This document shows positions 1-13,590 of a DNA stretch of 64,000 bases, piece after piece (position 1 is the first letter of the stretch; each line of letters starts with the position of its first letter). The stretch lies in assembly GCF_009914755.1 (NCBI RefSeq), contig NC_060926.1; one strand, written 5' to 3'. Below the pieces are notes generated by a model that worked only from the letters and a program-made list of their open reading frames with translations, did no database searches and was not told the DNA's origin. Source of the stretch: the human T2T-CHM13v2.0 reference genome, Homo sapiens. A program made the translations under genes and the position numbers.

Positions 1-509
1 AGGAGCAGATGTCTGCAAGGGCGCTGTGGGAAGCTTCTGATCAGAATCAGCTCTGAGATGGTCAGAAATCTCAGAAGCTTCCAGGCTAGGATTGGAAGAA
101 TTGACTTCCAGACCCAGGAGGTGCCATAGAGGTGCATGGAGGTGGAATGGCACGGTGCTTATAAACGGCAAGGTAGGGAGCCAGCGCTGGACACAGAGCC
201 AGCTGAACAGTGAAGGCAGAAGAGTAGGGGGCGCTGACCCTCATCCCAGGGGTCAGGCAGAAGGGGCCGATGGGATGGGTCAGGTGCTGCAGAGATGTTC
301 AGTGGGCTGGAGACAGAGGGGTCTTGGCATGGAGAACCTAGGAGGGATAGTGGCCTGGGCAGTGCATCTCAGAGGAGCAGTGAGCTTAGAGGGCACATGG
401 TGGTCGCTTCAGCAATGGATGAGTGGTGGAGACAGTAAGTATATAAATTCTTAAGTGAAGTTTCTGGGGCAGAAAAGGAGGGAAAATGAGGCCATTAGAA
501 GAGTGTGGG

Positions 510-829
<320 letters not shown>

Positions 830-1789
830 AGAGTGTGGGGAGTCACCTTCTCTGCAAGAAGCTTCCTGGGCCTCCCAAATAAATCCATCCCTCCCCTCCC
901 CCTCCCCCTCTCCCATTCCATACATTTTGGTGCCATTCACTATATAATTCCCAGCAGCTGCTTTCATATCTGGGGCATACTCACAGGGGTCAGTCAGGAG
1001 GGCACTGTCCTAGGACTGGGAGCGGGAGGATGTGGGGGTCTCCCCTTTGAGTTTCTGCTATGATGTGATTCCAATTGATGGGCCAACACACCTCTGATAC
1101 CTTGTGTTATGCTGTGTACTGCCTCAAAGTGAATAATAGCTTGGGATTTAGTTTGTGTAGTCTAAGGAAAATACTTTGTGTTGAACTAGTCAGGCTGTGT
1201 TATTGATGGCCATTAAAAGGCCTTGTGCTTAGGTCTTACAAGCTTTTCAAAGGCCCAAAGAAATGATTCAGACAAAAAAAAAAATTAGACTCCAAAATAC
1301 TAAAAGAAAACTGCAAAAACAGGTGAATTAATGGTGAAAGATCTGTAGGACATAGCAGTAAGGCTACCACAACCCAGCTTTTTGAGGTTGTCTTAAATTA
1401 ATGTGATATGGGGTGTAGGTATGTTAACATGCTTGATAATGGAAGAGTGAGGATACCTGCTTCTTAAACAGGGCCTGCTCATTTTTTTCTGGCCTCTAGT
1501 ACATTTCTTTCTGGCAAAACTCAAGCTCTGTTTTCACGGAGATGATGCACTGAGCCATGGCATCCCTAGGTGGTTTGATTCATTTCTGCACCCCGGTGTC
1601 TAGCAAAGTGCCACGTGCATGTGTTTAATCAAAATAGCTTGTGGTTGTCAAGCTCTTTGTATTCTTCCCTCCCTCCCTGTGATTTGATTTCCTGAAAGTA
1701 TCCTTTCCCCAAGGATTATGGAACATACACTTGTTAAACACTGGACCCATTTTCATGATCATTTAAATGTCATGACCTTTCTGACACCT

Positions 1790-2146
1790 TGATATGGTTT
1801 GGCTCTGTGTCCCCACCCAAATCTCATCTAAATTATAATCCCCATGTGTCCAGGGAGGGATCTGGTGGGAGGTGATTAGATCATGGGGGCAGTTTTTCCT
1901 ATGCTGTTCTCATGATAGTGAGTGAATTCTCATGAGATCTGATGGTTTAAAAGTGTTTGGCACTTCCCCCCTTGCTCTCTCTCCTGCTGTCATGTAAGAC
2001 GTGCCTACTTCCACTTCCACCATGATTGTAAGTTTCCTGAGGCTTCCCCAGCCATGCGGAGCTGTAAGTCAATTAAATCCTCTTTCCTTTATAAATTACC
2101 CAGTCTCAGATATTTCTTTATAGCAGCGTGAAAATAGACTAATACA
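1790..2146 (+). mobile_element. THE1 (THE1C/D-like) MaLR solo LTR
   Basis: TGATATGGTTTGGCT...GACTAATACA termini, 357 bp, internal ATTAAA 2072-2077. 5-bp flanks CACCT / TGCCT. Confidence 0.92.
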
Positions 2147-2226
2147 TGCCTCTTGAGATCCTCACAGCAATTGGTGCCTTTAGACCTCTTCATTCACACT
2201 TCACTCATGTGTTCTTCCTTCCCCAG

Positions 2227-2303
2227 GTAGACGCACCCTCTGAAGATGGTGACTCCCTCCTGAGAAGCTGGACCCCTTGGTAAAAGACAAGGCCTTCTCC
2301 AAG
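2227..2303 (+). other. IL1R1: IL1R1 non-coding 5'UTR exon (77 nt)
   Basis: Pyrimidine tract ttcttccttccccAG acceptor and AAG|gtaaca donor. Sequence matches my recollection of the IL1R1 cDNA leader (...ggccttctccaag|aagaatATG). Confidence 0.85.
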
Positions 2304-2899
2304 GTAACAGGGCTGAGTCACCCCAGGGTCCCAAGGCCGGCCTTTTCTCACAAATAGCTGAACTCCTCCACTCTCAGATCCAGGGGCCCTGGACTATCTC
2401 CCATTGTATGCAAAAATATTTTATTTCCGTTGACACATTACTCTTTGGGGCAGCTTGATGGTTTTATTAAATTTTGGAAGGAGGCTTCAGCCCCAGTAAC
2501 AGCCAATGCCTGTTTGCTTTCCCAGGTCACCTTGACTGTGCTACAGTAGAGACCTGGGAAATGATGGGTTCCAGTGCTGTGGCCAAGCTCTCCCCAGTTT
2601 CAACCCCTTCCAGGCCTTGCTGTCCATTTTTACTCCACTGTCACCACATGTTCAAATTCTTGCTTTCTGCTCGAGTCAGTACTGCTCACCTCGTTCCAAG
2701 AGATCTGGGTCTATGACACTGTGGGTGACACCCTCTGAGCATCTTTTCCGAGCTGTCTGTGGGTACCTGAACCTGCCCCCCAACCTGGCCCTTGCCCTAC
2801 CTGCCCCGACCTCAGCGAGTCTGGCCCAGTCTGTCCCTGCTTCTCCCCTCTGGCCCCAAGTGTTCTCAAATATGCCCCCGCCTGCCTGTCTGTCACTGC

Positions 2900-3640
2900 A
2901 GCTGGCCCAGCCCTCATCCTCTCTCCCATGAACCTCTGTGGTGGCCTGCTCTCCCTGGCTCCCCTGTCTCCAGTTTATGTTCCACACAGGTGCCAAAATG
3001 TCTGCAAAAAATGGAGATTTAACATACACTAGCCCTTGGCTTAAAACCTGTACATGCTTCTCTGCCACCTGCAAATGACAGTCCCATTTCCTCAGCAAAC
3101 CTCTGCATGTTGTGGGAACTTATGGCTTCTCAGCCTCCCACTCGGAACCCACCTCTGGTTTATGCTCCAGAACATGATGTTGTTGGACCCTCCCCTCCAC
3201 CTCCTCCAGGCTGAGTTAGCCTCTGTCTCCCCTCCTGCCCTGGGCATGGCTCTTCCAGTAGACACCCCCACATCACAGTCTAACTCTGTGTCCACATTCC
3301 CTGCAACTGCTGAGCTCCTGGAGCCAGGCCCTGGGAACCTTGTTCCTGTTTTTGTTCCCAGAGCCAAATAGATATTTGATGTATGATTGTTGAATGCAGC
3401 AGTGAGTGAATAAAGACATGAATGGTTAACTGAAAACATTTTATCAAAACTGTTATTTGTCATCAGAGCATGGGCCGGTTTCCAACAGCTAACATTTAGG
3501 AGTGACCATTTGCCAGGCACTGTTCTAAGCCCTTTGCATGTGGCCATTCATTTCACCCACATAGCGCCATCAATGACATGCTGTCACTGCATTGCTTGTC
3601 AAAAGGGGGAACTGAGGCACGGAGGCTGAGCTTTTACTCA
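2900..3640. mobile_element. Degenerate L2 3' end followed by a MIR
   Basis: L2-like tail (aatagatatttg...gagtgaataa) and MIR core (ccaggcactgttctaagc...actgaggcac). Confidence 0.55.
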
Positions 3641-4767
3641 ACATGCCATCTATGTTGAGGGACTTCTGACTTGGATAGCCGTTCAACTGCGAGCACTATG
3701 GAGGCCAGTCAGGCCTGGCCCTGCCTTGGAATTTCTGTGTTATTCAGGGACATAATGGGGTTTGTGTTGATTTTTGTTGGGAGTGTGTGGGTTAATCTAG
3801 GTGCAACCCTCACCTCCTTCCCTTCTGATGTCCTCACTCCCATTGGTCATGTGACCCTTAACGCCCATCCCAAGCTCAGTGCCAATTCCTTGCCCCAGGG
3901 TCCTGGGGATTGACATGGATCCCAAAAGCCCGCTGCTGAGAGGACAGGGCCACTCCCACCCCCCTGACTGTTTCCCAGAGCAGCTCTGGGGCAGAAGTAA
4001 ACTTGGACCCAGGGGGCATAACCCTTTGCCCTTTTATAGTCTATTAGAGGAGGATGAGGTCTGACATCAGCTGGTTCATTGCCCCTTGTGCCCCTTGAGC
4101 ACACTGGGGCCCAGGGAGAGTCACATCCCTGCCTTGTGGTACAGGCCACCGGCCCTGGACCTGTGATTAAACATTGTCCACAATTAATTTGGAATTATTA
4201 TCTCGTGATACACTCCATAAAGTTCAGTCACACATCTTCTTTTTCTTCTCCCCTGCCTAATGATCAGACAAGCCAGGTCTTGTGACTAAATGAACCGACA
4301 GCTGGCAGTGTTCATCTGATTTTGCAATGCCCTTATTTTGTTGTTGATAAACTAATGCAAATAGCTGGTTGGCCTGGAACTGGTGATTGGGAAACATTTT
4401 AACCCTTCTTTCCTTCCTCTCTATCCTAAAGACTTAAAACACACTTCACGCAGTCACAGAAAGAGCTCATAGACCAGACTGCGGGGCTTCAAAGCCTTCT
4501 ATCTTATTTAATCATCTGTAAATAGTTTAAAGGTAAATATGGTAATAATACTAGTATTCTAGACTATTTTGGGAAGCCAGCTGATGTGAATAAAGGGTCA
4601 GAGTTAAAAGATATTGAAGGAATGCAGTTTTACTGCTCTGAGGTAGGTTTCAAGGCTTGAGCCAGGCTTAGAGATCTTTGTCCTGATACTGGGGATAAAG
4701 TGAAGAGAATATGAATGGGTATGTCTCGCATGGTTAGAAAATCTTTTTTTTTCCTGTATTTGTTTAA

Positions 4768-5098
<331 letters not shown>

Positions 5099-6010
5099 AT
5101 AATACATCTTAAATAGAACATTTTCCAGCTAATATTTAAATGACTGCATGTCATTAGAATCTGAATGAGTGTTGTGTTAAAATATTTTGTGTTTTCATAT
5201 TTATTTACTTACTTATAGCTACGGATAAGAATATAGGCAAATTTAATCTCCCGTAAAAATTAAAAGGCAGATGTTTTCAAAGCACAGAATTACATGGTCT
5301 ACTCTAGACATTGCTCCTAAGGTTGAGCAGAGGGGATAAGAGCTTTTTCTCTTTTTTCCTTTCCTCTTTTTTTCATACAAAGTTCGTTGTAGATATTTTA
5401 GAAAGTATAGAAAGCCCCGACAAGGGGAAACCCACTCAACCCAATTTTAATGTTGTTGTCATTTCTTTTAGTTTTTTTGGGTGCATTTCTATGTAGCTAT
5501 ATCCTATTGTACAAGCAATTTAGGATCTTGCAATATAAAATGAAGGCATGACCTTTGAGCTGGCCAAAAGTATGGGCTGATTTTTGCAAATGGGTCCTGG
5601 CAGCAGGGGACATAAGTGGGGAACCAATCCCCACACAAGCAGAGGTGAGCTGGCTTAGGGGCGAGTGCATAGCTGACTTTGGATGTAGACTAGATTTGGG
5701 GAAATTTAAATGGGGTCCAAGACTGGAAATGTGTAATGGGACAGAAGGTAGAAATGTTTAAAATCTTAAGTTGTTGAGTTTGTTCTCAATTTTGTGAAAA
5801 CTCTTTATCCCTTTTTGTTCCCCACCCCATTTTCTAACCAGAAGTCAAATATGACAACATTCATGATGTAGAAAAACCAGTTCATCAGTGTGACTTGTGG
5901 GTGAGGGTGGGGACAGGGCCGGTGTTGGTATATTTAGTTTTAGAGATTTGCTGGAAAAGTAACATTTTTGCTTTTGTCTTTCTTTCGTTCCTCCATTTCT
6001 CCAGAAGAAT

Positions 6011-6071
6011 ATGAAAGTGTTACTCAGACTTATTTGTTTCATAGCTCTACTGATTTCTTCTCTGGAGGCTG
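6011..6071 (+). CDS. IL1R1: IL1R1 first coding exon, signal peptide MKVLLRLICFIALLISSLEA
   Basis: Acceptor ttctccAG (exon starts 6005), ATG at 6011 with A at -3, donor G|gtaagt (phase 1). Confidence 0.97.
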
Positions 6072-6529
6072 GTAAGTTAAGTATTTCTTTGTGTTCTTGT
6101 CTGCTAAGAAAATCTGTTATTTAGAATACATGAAGTACCTTCCCTAACAGAGTCATTTCTCATACTCGTCTCTGTTGAATCTCTGGGCACAGAGCCTCCT
6201 GGTCATAGACCTGTACTGCTGGAAGTTCCTCTCAGCATCTTCGTCTCATTCTCTCCCATATAGAGTGGGAAACTGAGGCCTAGTGAGGCTGAGAGCCCAA
6301 GGTCATGTAGCTAGTTTTGGAACAAAAGCTAAAATCTAGGTCTCCAATCTAGGTCCAGGCCTCTTTCCACTTGGCTGCTGGTTGAAAGTGTGATATGGGA
6401 AATTCTGACTTTCATTTGGAGGAGATATTATGTATAGTCTTTATGAACCCACAGCTGGAAGTCATCAAGATACACTACTTTTTCTGTTTCTTTCCATTTC
6501 TTCATTTTCTCTAATCTTTTCTCTTTTTG

Positions 6530-7590
6530 CCAGGTGCTAGCTACTGGGGATACAGCAGGGAACAGTGCACACAGAAATACCTGCCTGCATAGGGTTTATA
6601 TTCTTGTAGAAGAGAGAGATAACAGATAAGTAGACATATATTGTGTCATATGATGGCAAGTATAGGGAGGAAAAAAGAGTATAAGGTTTTGGCATTACAG
6701 TGGGCAGAAGGTTAATTTTTTGAATGTGGCCAGAAAAAAACCTCCCTGAGAAGCTGACTTTTGAGTTGACCTTAAGGAAGGGGAAAAGAGAGCTATTTGG
6801 ATATCAGATTGGGGTGTGGAAATATTCCAGTCAGCATGTGCAAAGGCCCAGAGGCCAAGAGTATTTGGCAGGCTTTCAGAATAAAAATATCAGCATGTCT
6901 GGAGCATAGTGAGAGATGAGGGAAGTCATAAGGGACCAGGCTGTCTGGGTAATGGGGGGATGGCAGAGGGTTGATTATATGGAATGTTGTGCCCTTTTTT
7001 AGGGTCTTGGCTTGTAGTCTGGCTGGGATGGGAAGACTTCAGGGTTCTTTGTTTAAGACCAGAGAGGTGATCTGACTTACGTTTTGATTCCTGTTTTGAG
7101 AATAGATCCGAGGGAGCCAAAGAGAGAAATAGAGAAGCCAGTGAAGAGGCAAGCCATGATGATGGCTTTCTCTAGGCAAGAAATGTTGATGGCTTGTCAA
7201 AGGGTGGCAAGGAGAAGTGAGAAGTAGACAAATTTTGAAATATTTTGGGAACAGAACCAAGAGGGATTTGGAGTTGGGTCAGATGTGAGATGTGAGGGAA
7301 AGAGAAGAATCAAGAATTATCTCAGGGAATTTTGGCCTGCGCAAACGCAAGGTGAAATTGCCATTGATGAGATGGGGAAGATCAGGTTTTCAGACTGGAT
7401 GTGTTAAGTTTAGCTGTCCATTAGATGTTTAAAAGGTGACTTTGACTAGGCAGTCTACAGCCTGAGGGAAAGGTCTGGGTTGAATATATAAAATTGGAGA
7501 CCTCAGCAAGCGGCTGGTATGAGAACCATGAGACTGAATGGGATCATGGAGTGTAGTTAGGAAAGATAAGAACTTTAAGGACTGAGCCAG
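6530..7590 (-). mobile_element. L2 fragment
   Basis: ccaggtgctag...ggggatacagcagggaacag followed by the purine-rich antisense L2 body. Confidence 0.7.
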
Positions 7591-8705
7591 AGATTGACTT
7601 AAATTCCTTGGTCCAGTGAGTTTTCTCCCCTTTGCTGAGGGGCTCCATGTGTGTTGGAGCATACCTTCAACATTAAGGCTGTTTAAGGCCTTAGCCTTCA
7701 CTTCCTGCTTGTGTATGACCTCAGAGTCATCCAGAAATGAGAGCCTGGTGCCTTCTATGCAATTTCCTGGGCATGCACACAGCCCTGCATACATGCCCAC
7801 CCTTCTGGGTTCCCCAGGAATGTGTCAGAGCTTTTCAAAGCCCTCTGGAGGTTATGGCTCTGGTATTGCAGCTTTAGGCAGTTGTAAAAAACAATTAACA
7901 CTGAGTTTTTCCAGCAAACGCCTTGGGGATAGTGCTTTTGCTGTGGAGCTCTTGGTGAGGTCAATAACACCACCACCCTATGAATGTGACTTTGAGGACC
8001 TGCCAGTCAAGTCAAAGAGTGGCAGTGCTCTGGAAATGGGACTTTTCGAGGAGCTCCAAACCCTCTCTCTTCTTGCAAGCCTGCTGGTTTTCAAAGCCTT
8101 TGTGTCTGCAAAGCTCTTGATATTCATGGCTGTTTTAGAGCTGGGAAGAGTAGGATGGAAGTCATTTAAGTTATAAAGCTACAAACCCTGCTGATCCGTG
8201 ATTTGGCATGTTTCTGTTTGTTTCCTTATTTTCTAGTAAATGCTCTTCTGGTTACTGCAAGCCTTTGATTTTTGAAATTTTTTGCCAGTCTTTTTGTTGC
8301 CTTTATGGAGGAATGATTTATGAGACCCCCACTCCACCATATTGGAAATCTTGCAAATTCAATTTCTTTGAATAGAAAATAGTATTAATAGATATAGGGC
8401 AATCCAGGCTATCTACTTCTTCTCAAGGGAGCTTTAATAGTCTGGAAAATTTGCTCATTTCATTTACGTTATTAAATTTATTGGCATAACATTGTTTATA
8501 ATATTCCCTCACTACCCTTTACAAATTATTTAAAAAAGAGATGTCATCTCTTTTTTTTCCTGATTAGTCTGGCTAAAGATTTATCAATTTTATTGATTTT
8601 GTGAAAGAATCTGCTTTTGGTATCTTTGATTTTTCTTCATTGTTCTTCTGTTTTCTATTTCATTGATTTCCTCTCTGATCCATATTACTATTTTCTTCTT
8701 ACTTC

Positions 8706-9258
8706 TGTTATATTAATTATGTTTTTTATTTTCTGTATCTTACCATATTTTGACATTCTGGAAGATGTTTCATATCTAGGGAGAGACTGCTCCACCAGGG
8801 GCTAAGCAGTTCCTAGGTGTGTTGTGGACAGCTTACAGCTTGCCCTTCATGTGAGACTGCTTGACCCAAGATGGTACCCCACTCACCTCCTTATCCAACT
8901 CTCACACACCCAAACCAATGTTACCCCAGCCTCAATCAACACAGGGCTAGGTACCAGAGAACTAGGGACAGCCTCTATGCCCAAAGCCTGCAAAAATGGT
9001 TCAAATGGGCCAATCTGAAACTGTTTATGCTGCCCTGCCTTGCCTTTCCCATGGGAACCCCAGTAAAGATGCTGGCCTAGGCTTTCCTTTTGTTTCTGCT
9101 TCTGCCTCCTAACCCAATCTGGTGATTCTCCCTGTGGTTTTGCGTGGTATGGCACACCCCTTCTGTCCGAACCACTAAGTAATACAAATCTTTCAATTGC
9201 ATTAGTCTCTGTTTTGTCACTCAGTCACCTTCGTAAATGAAGACCCAGGCATAGAATC
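8706..9258 (+). mobile_element. ERVL-type solo LTR (MER74/MER73-like) nested in L1M
   Basis: Starts TGTTATATTAATTATGTTTTTTATTTTCTGTATC and contains gggagagactgctccaccaggggcta, resembling the recalled MER74-family consensus; interrupts L1 sequence. Confidence 0.55.
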
Positions 9259-9967
9259 TCTGCTTGCTGCTTACTTTGGAATTACTTTGTTCTTTTTCTA
9301 GTTTCTTAAGGTAGAAGCTCAAGTCATCAATTTGAAATTTTTAAAAAATATATAGGCATTTAAGGCTAGCAGTTTCCCTCTAAGTACTGCTTTCATTGAA
9401 TGCCATAAGTTTTGATATGTTATGTTTTCCTTATCATTCAGATACAAATACTTTATATTCTTTTTGATTTCTTTGACTCATGAGTTATTTAGGAGTATGT
9501 TAATTTTCAAATATATAGGGATTCCTTGGATATCTTTCTATTATTGATTTCTAATCTAATTCCATTGTCACCAGAGAATAAGTTTTGTCTAATTTGAATC
9601 CTTTTAAATTTACTGAGTCTTGGGTTATGGGGAAGAATATGGAAAATTTGCTAAGTTTTATGTGTGCACTTTAAAAAGAATGTAATGTTCTACTGTTGTT
9701 GGTTGGAATTTTCTGCAAATATCAATTATGTCAAATTGGTTGATAGTGTTGTTCAAATCTTCTATGTTGTTACTGATTATCCGTTTAATTTTATTGCTTG
9801 TTCTATCGGTCCTTGTGAGTGGGGTTTCTCTAGTTTCTTGCAGAACCAGTTTCTCTAGTTCTTGCAGTTCTGTCAGTTTTTGCTTCATGTATTTTGAAGC
9901 ACTGTTAGCAGCTACATAAACATTTGGTATTATTGTGTTCCTGTTGATTAATGACTTCTTTATTTTT

Positions 9968-10303
<336 letters not shown>

Positions 10304-13059
10304 TGAAATGCCCCTTTTTTCTTGTAATATTTTTACTGTAAAATCTACTTTGATAATAATAGTCACTCAAGCTTTAACTAATTAATTTTTATTAAGGTAT
10401 AGTTGACAAAATCGTGTATATTTACAGTGTACAATGTGATGTTTTGGTATATGTATACATTGTGAAATGGTTAACCCTAGCTAATTAATCAAACTTTCTT
10501 TTCATGAGTGTTAGCCTGGCAAATATTTTTCTTTTCTTTTTAATCTATTTTTACCTTTATTTATAAAATGTCTGTATGTAGGTGTATGTGTTTATGTTAG
10601 GCACCACATAGTTGGGCCTTTCTTTAGCCAATCTGATCATTTCCGCCTTTCAATGAGAGTGTTTAGACTATTTGAAATTTTAGTGTGATTATTCATATAT
10701 TAGGGTTTAATTCTGGGATCTTGCTATTTGTTTTTCTATTTGTCCCATCAATTCTGTTATTTTTTTCTCTTTTTTTGCTGCCTTTTAGATTAATTGGCAT
10801 TTTTAGGATTCATTTTATTTTGCTTTTTGGCTTTTTAGTCATAACTGTTTGTTGTGTATGTGTTTTTTTAATGACTGCTCTGGGGCTTAAATAGCCATCT
10901 CTAAGTTATCTCTGTCTGCCTTCAGGTAACACTATACAGTTTCACATATAGTATACAAAGTTAAGAGTATATACCCATTTCTCCTTTCTTGAACTTTGCC
11001 CTATTATTTCCATATATGTTACTTCTTTATTTGTTTTAAACTTTATAGCATTTTATTATTTTTTATTTAAACACTCAGTTTTCTTTAAAGAGATTTAAAT
11101 AATAAGAAAGATGATCTTATAATTACCCATTTTTGTTGCTATTCATTCTTTTGCGTAGATTCATTTTCATCTTATAATATTGTGCTTTTTGAAGGAATTA
11201 AATATTTCTTGTAATGCAGGTCTACTGGTGATGACATTTTACAGCTTTGGCAAATCTGAAAAAGTCAGTATTTTTTCCTAAATTTTAAATATATTTTCAT
11301 GGGATATGGAATTCTAGGTAGACTTTTTCTTTCAGTACTTTAACGATATTGTTTTGCTCTCTTCTGGCTTGTATTGTTTTTGGAAAGAAAGCTGCATCAT
11401 TTTTTGTCTTTGTCCTCTGCAATAATTGTGTCATTTCTCCCGGGCTACATAGAAGATTTTATCTTTGTCACTGGTTTTAAACAATTTTATTATTATGTGT
11501 TTGTAGTTTGCTTTATGTTTCTTTTGCTTGGGGTTCATTGTGATTTGGGGGCCTATGTATACATCATTTTTGTCACATCTTGAAAAACTTCAAATATGTT
11601 TTCTGTTTTCCACATTTTTCTTCTTCAGTGATTCATATTACATGTATTGAAGTTGTCCTAAGTAAAATAATTCCCTGCCCATTTTATTCTGTTATTTTTG
11701 TCTCTGTGCTTAATTTTGGATAATTTCTAATGCTGTGTCTTCAAGTTCACTCATCTTTTTTTTTCCTGCAGTATCAAATCTGCCGTGAATCCCATCCATT
11801 GTTTTTTGTAACTCAACATTATTGTTTTCATCTCTAAAAGTTTTTTAAAATCTCTTTCATGTCTTCACTAATCATGTTTGATCTTTCCTGTAGCATCTTG
11901 AATAAATGGAATACAATAGTAATAAACTATTTTAATTTTTAAATTTATTAGGCCTATTGTCTGTGTCATTTCTGGGTCAGTTTTGACTGATCGATTTTTT
12001 TCCTCCTTATCGTTGGTTGTATGTTACTGCTTCTTTGCATGCCTAATTATTTTTTTGGATGTTAGACATTGTGGATTTTACCATGTTGGGTGCTGGATAT
12101 TTTCGTATTCCCCAGAATGTTCTTGAGCTTTGTTCTGCCACATGATTGTTACTTGGAAATGGTTTAATCCTTTCGGGTCTTGCTTTTAAGCTTAATGAGG
12201 ATCAGGAAAAAGTTTATTCTTGGCCTAATTTTCCCTAATGACTGAGTCAGAACCCTTCTGGGTACTCTGCCTGATGCCTTATCATTAATGAGGCTTTCCA
12301 CCCTGGCTGTTGGGAACAGCAACTGTTTCCAGCATTGGGTGTGCTCCATGTGTTACTCCCTCCAGTTCGTTTGGTAGTCCTCCCTCTAGCCTTGGGTCAT
12401 TTTCTTATATGCTTACACTGACTGATACTCAGCTGAAAACTTGGGGGAGACTCTCAGTTATCCCAAGACTCTTTCTGCTTGTCGTTATGCAGCTCTAAGT
12501 ACTTGGGTACTCTGCCCTGCAAACTTTTCTACCCAGGTTCTCAGCTCCATCTCCTCAACTCACTGGGCTTTGCCTGTGTTTTTTCTCGGCAATGTCATGG
12601 CCTAGCTGTAATTTTGGACACCTCCTTTCTTCTCCGTCTTTCTGGGATTTCTCTCCTTTGTTTTCTGATGTTCAATGTCTTGAATACTGTTGTTTCATAT
12701 ATTTTGTCCATTTTTTAGTTGTTCATGTGGGAAGGTAAATCCAGTTTCTATTACTCCATCTTGTACTGAAAGGCATGTCTCTCCTCCTACATTGTCCCCA
12801 CTTTTTAGATGAGTGAAAAGGGGGTGAAGGATGTTAAATAACTTGCCAGGGGTACAGCACACAGGCAGTAAGTGATGCAGCTGGACTTGAATATGCTTCT
12901 CAGACTCCCCAGATAATGATCTTATCACAAGGCTGTAAAGCTTTTATATGTAATGTGAATTGATGTATTTAATAATCAATGTGTTTCTTCGTAGATATTA
13001 AATCAAGACACACTGGCAGATTTTTATGTAAATTGCTTCCACCCTTCTTCCTTTTAAAG

Positions 13060-13294
13060 ATAAATGCAAGGAACGTGAAGAAAAAATAATTTTAGTGTCA
13101 TCTGCAAATGAAATTGATGTTCGTCCCTGTCCTCTTAACCCAAATGAACACAAAGGCACTATAACTTGGTATAAAGATGACAGCAAGACACCTGTATCTA
13201 CAGAACAAGCCTCCAGGATTCATCAACACAAAGAGAAACTTTGGTTTGTTCCTGCTAAGGTGGAGGATTCAGGACATTACTATTGCGTGGTAAG
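13060..13294 (+). CDS. IL1R1: IL1R1 exon, Ig domain 1 (DKCKEREEKII...DSGHYYCVVR)
   Basis: 235 nt, ttttaaAG / AG|gtaaga. Ig motifs ITWYK and DSGHYYC; overlaps ORF 13095-13298. Confidence 0.97.
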
Positions 13295-13400
13295 GTAAGA
13301 GAGGAATTAGTATGTTACAAACATGTTCTAGTTTCCTGCAGTTGTTAAGGACAGAAATACTTTTAATAATGCTTAACTTACCTATTTTATTTTATTTTAG

Positions 13401-13590
13401 AAATTCATCTTACTGCCTCAGAATTAAAATAAGTGCAAAATTTGTGGAGAATGAGCCTAACTTATGTTATAATGCACAAGCCATATTTAAGCAGAAACTA
13501 CCCGTTGCAGGAGACGGAGGACTTGTGTGCCCTTATATGGAGTTTTTTAAAAATGAAAATAATGAGTTACCTAAATTACAGTGGTATAAG
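13401..13590 (+). CDS. IL1R1: IL1R1 exon, Ig1 end / Ig2 start (NSSYCLRIKISAKF...LQWYK)
   Basis: 190 nt after a 106-nt intron; ttttAG / AAG|gtaatt. Confidence 0.97.

Noticed and set aside
6002-6007. CAGAAG tandem acceptor at the first IL1R1 coding exon
   Set aside because: The distal AAG is a weak acceptor and would only remove 3 nt of 5'UTR without changing the -3 base.
7429-8176. 186-aa plus-strand and 123-aa minus-strand ORFs
   Set aside because: No recognisable domain; the sequence resembles old L1M/L2 fossil DNA.
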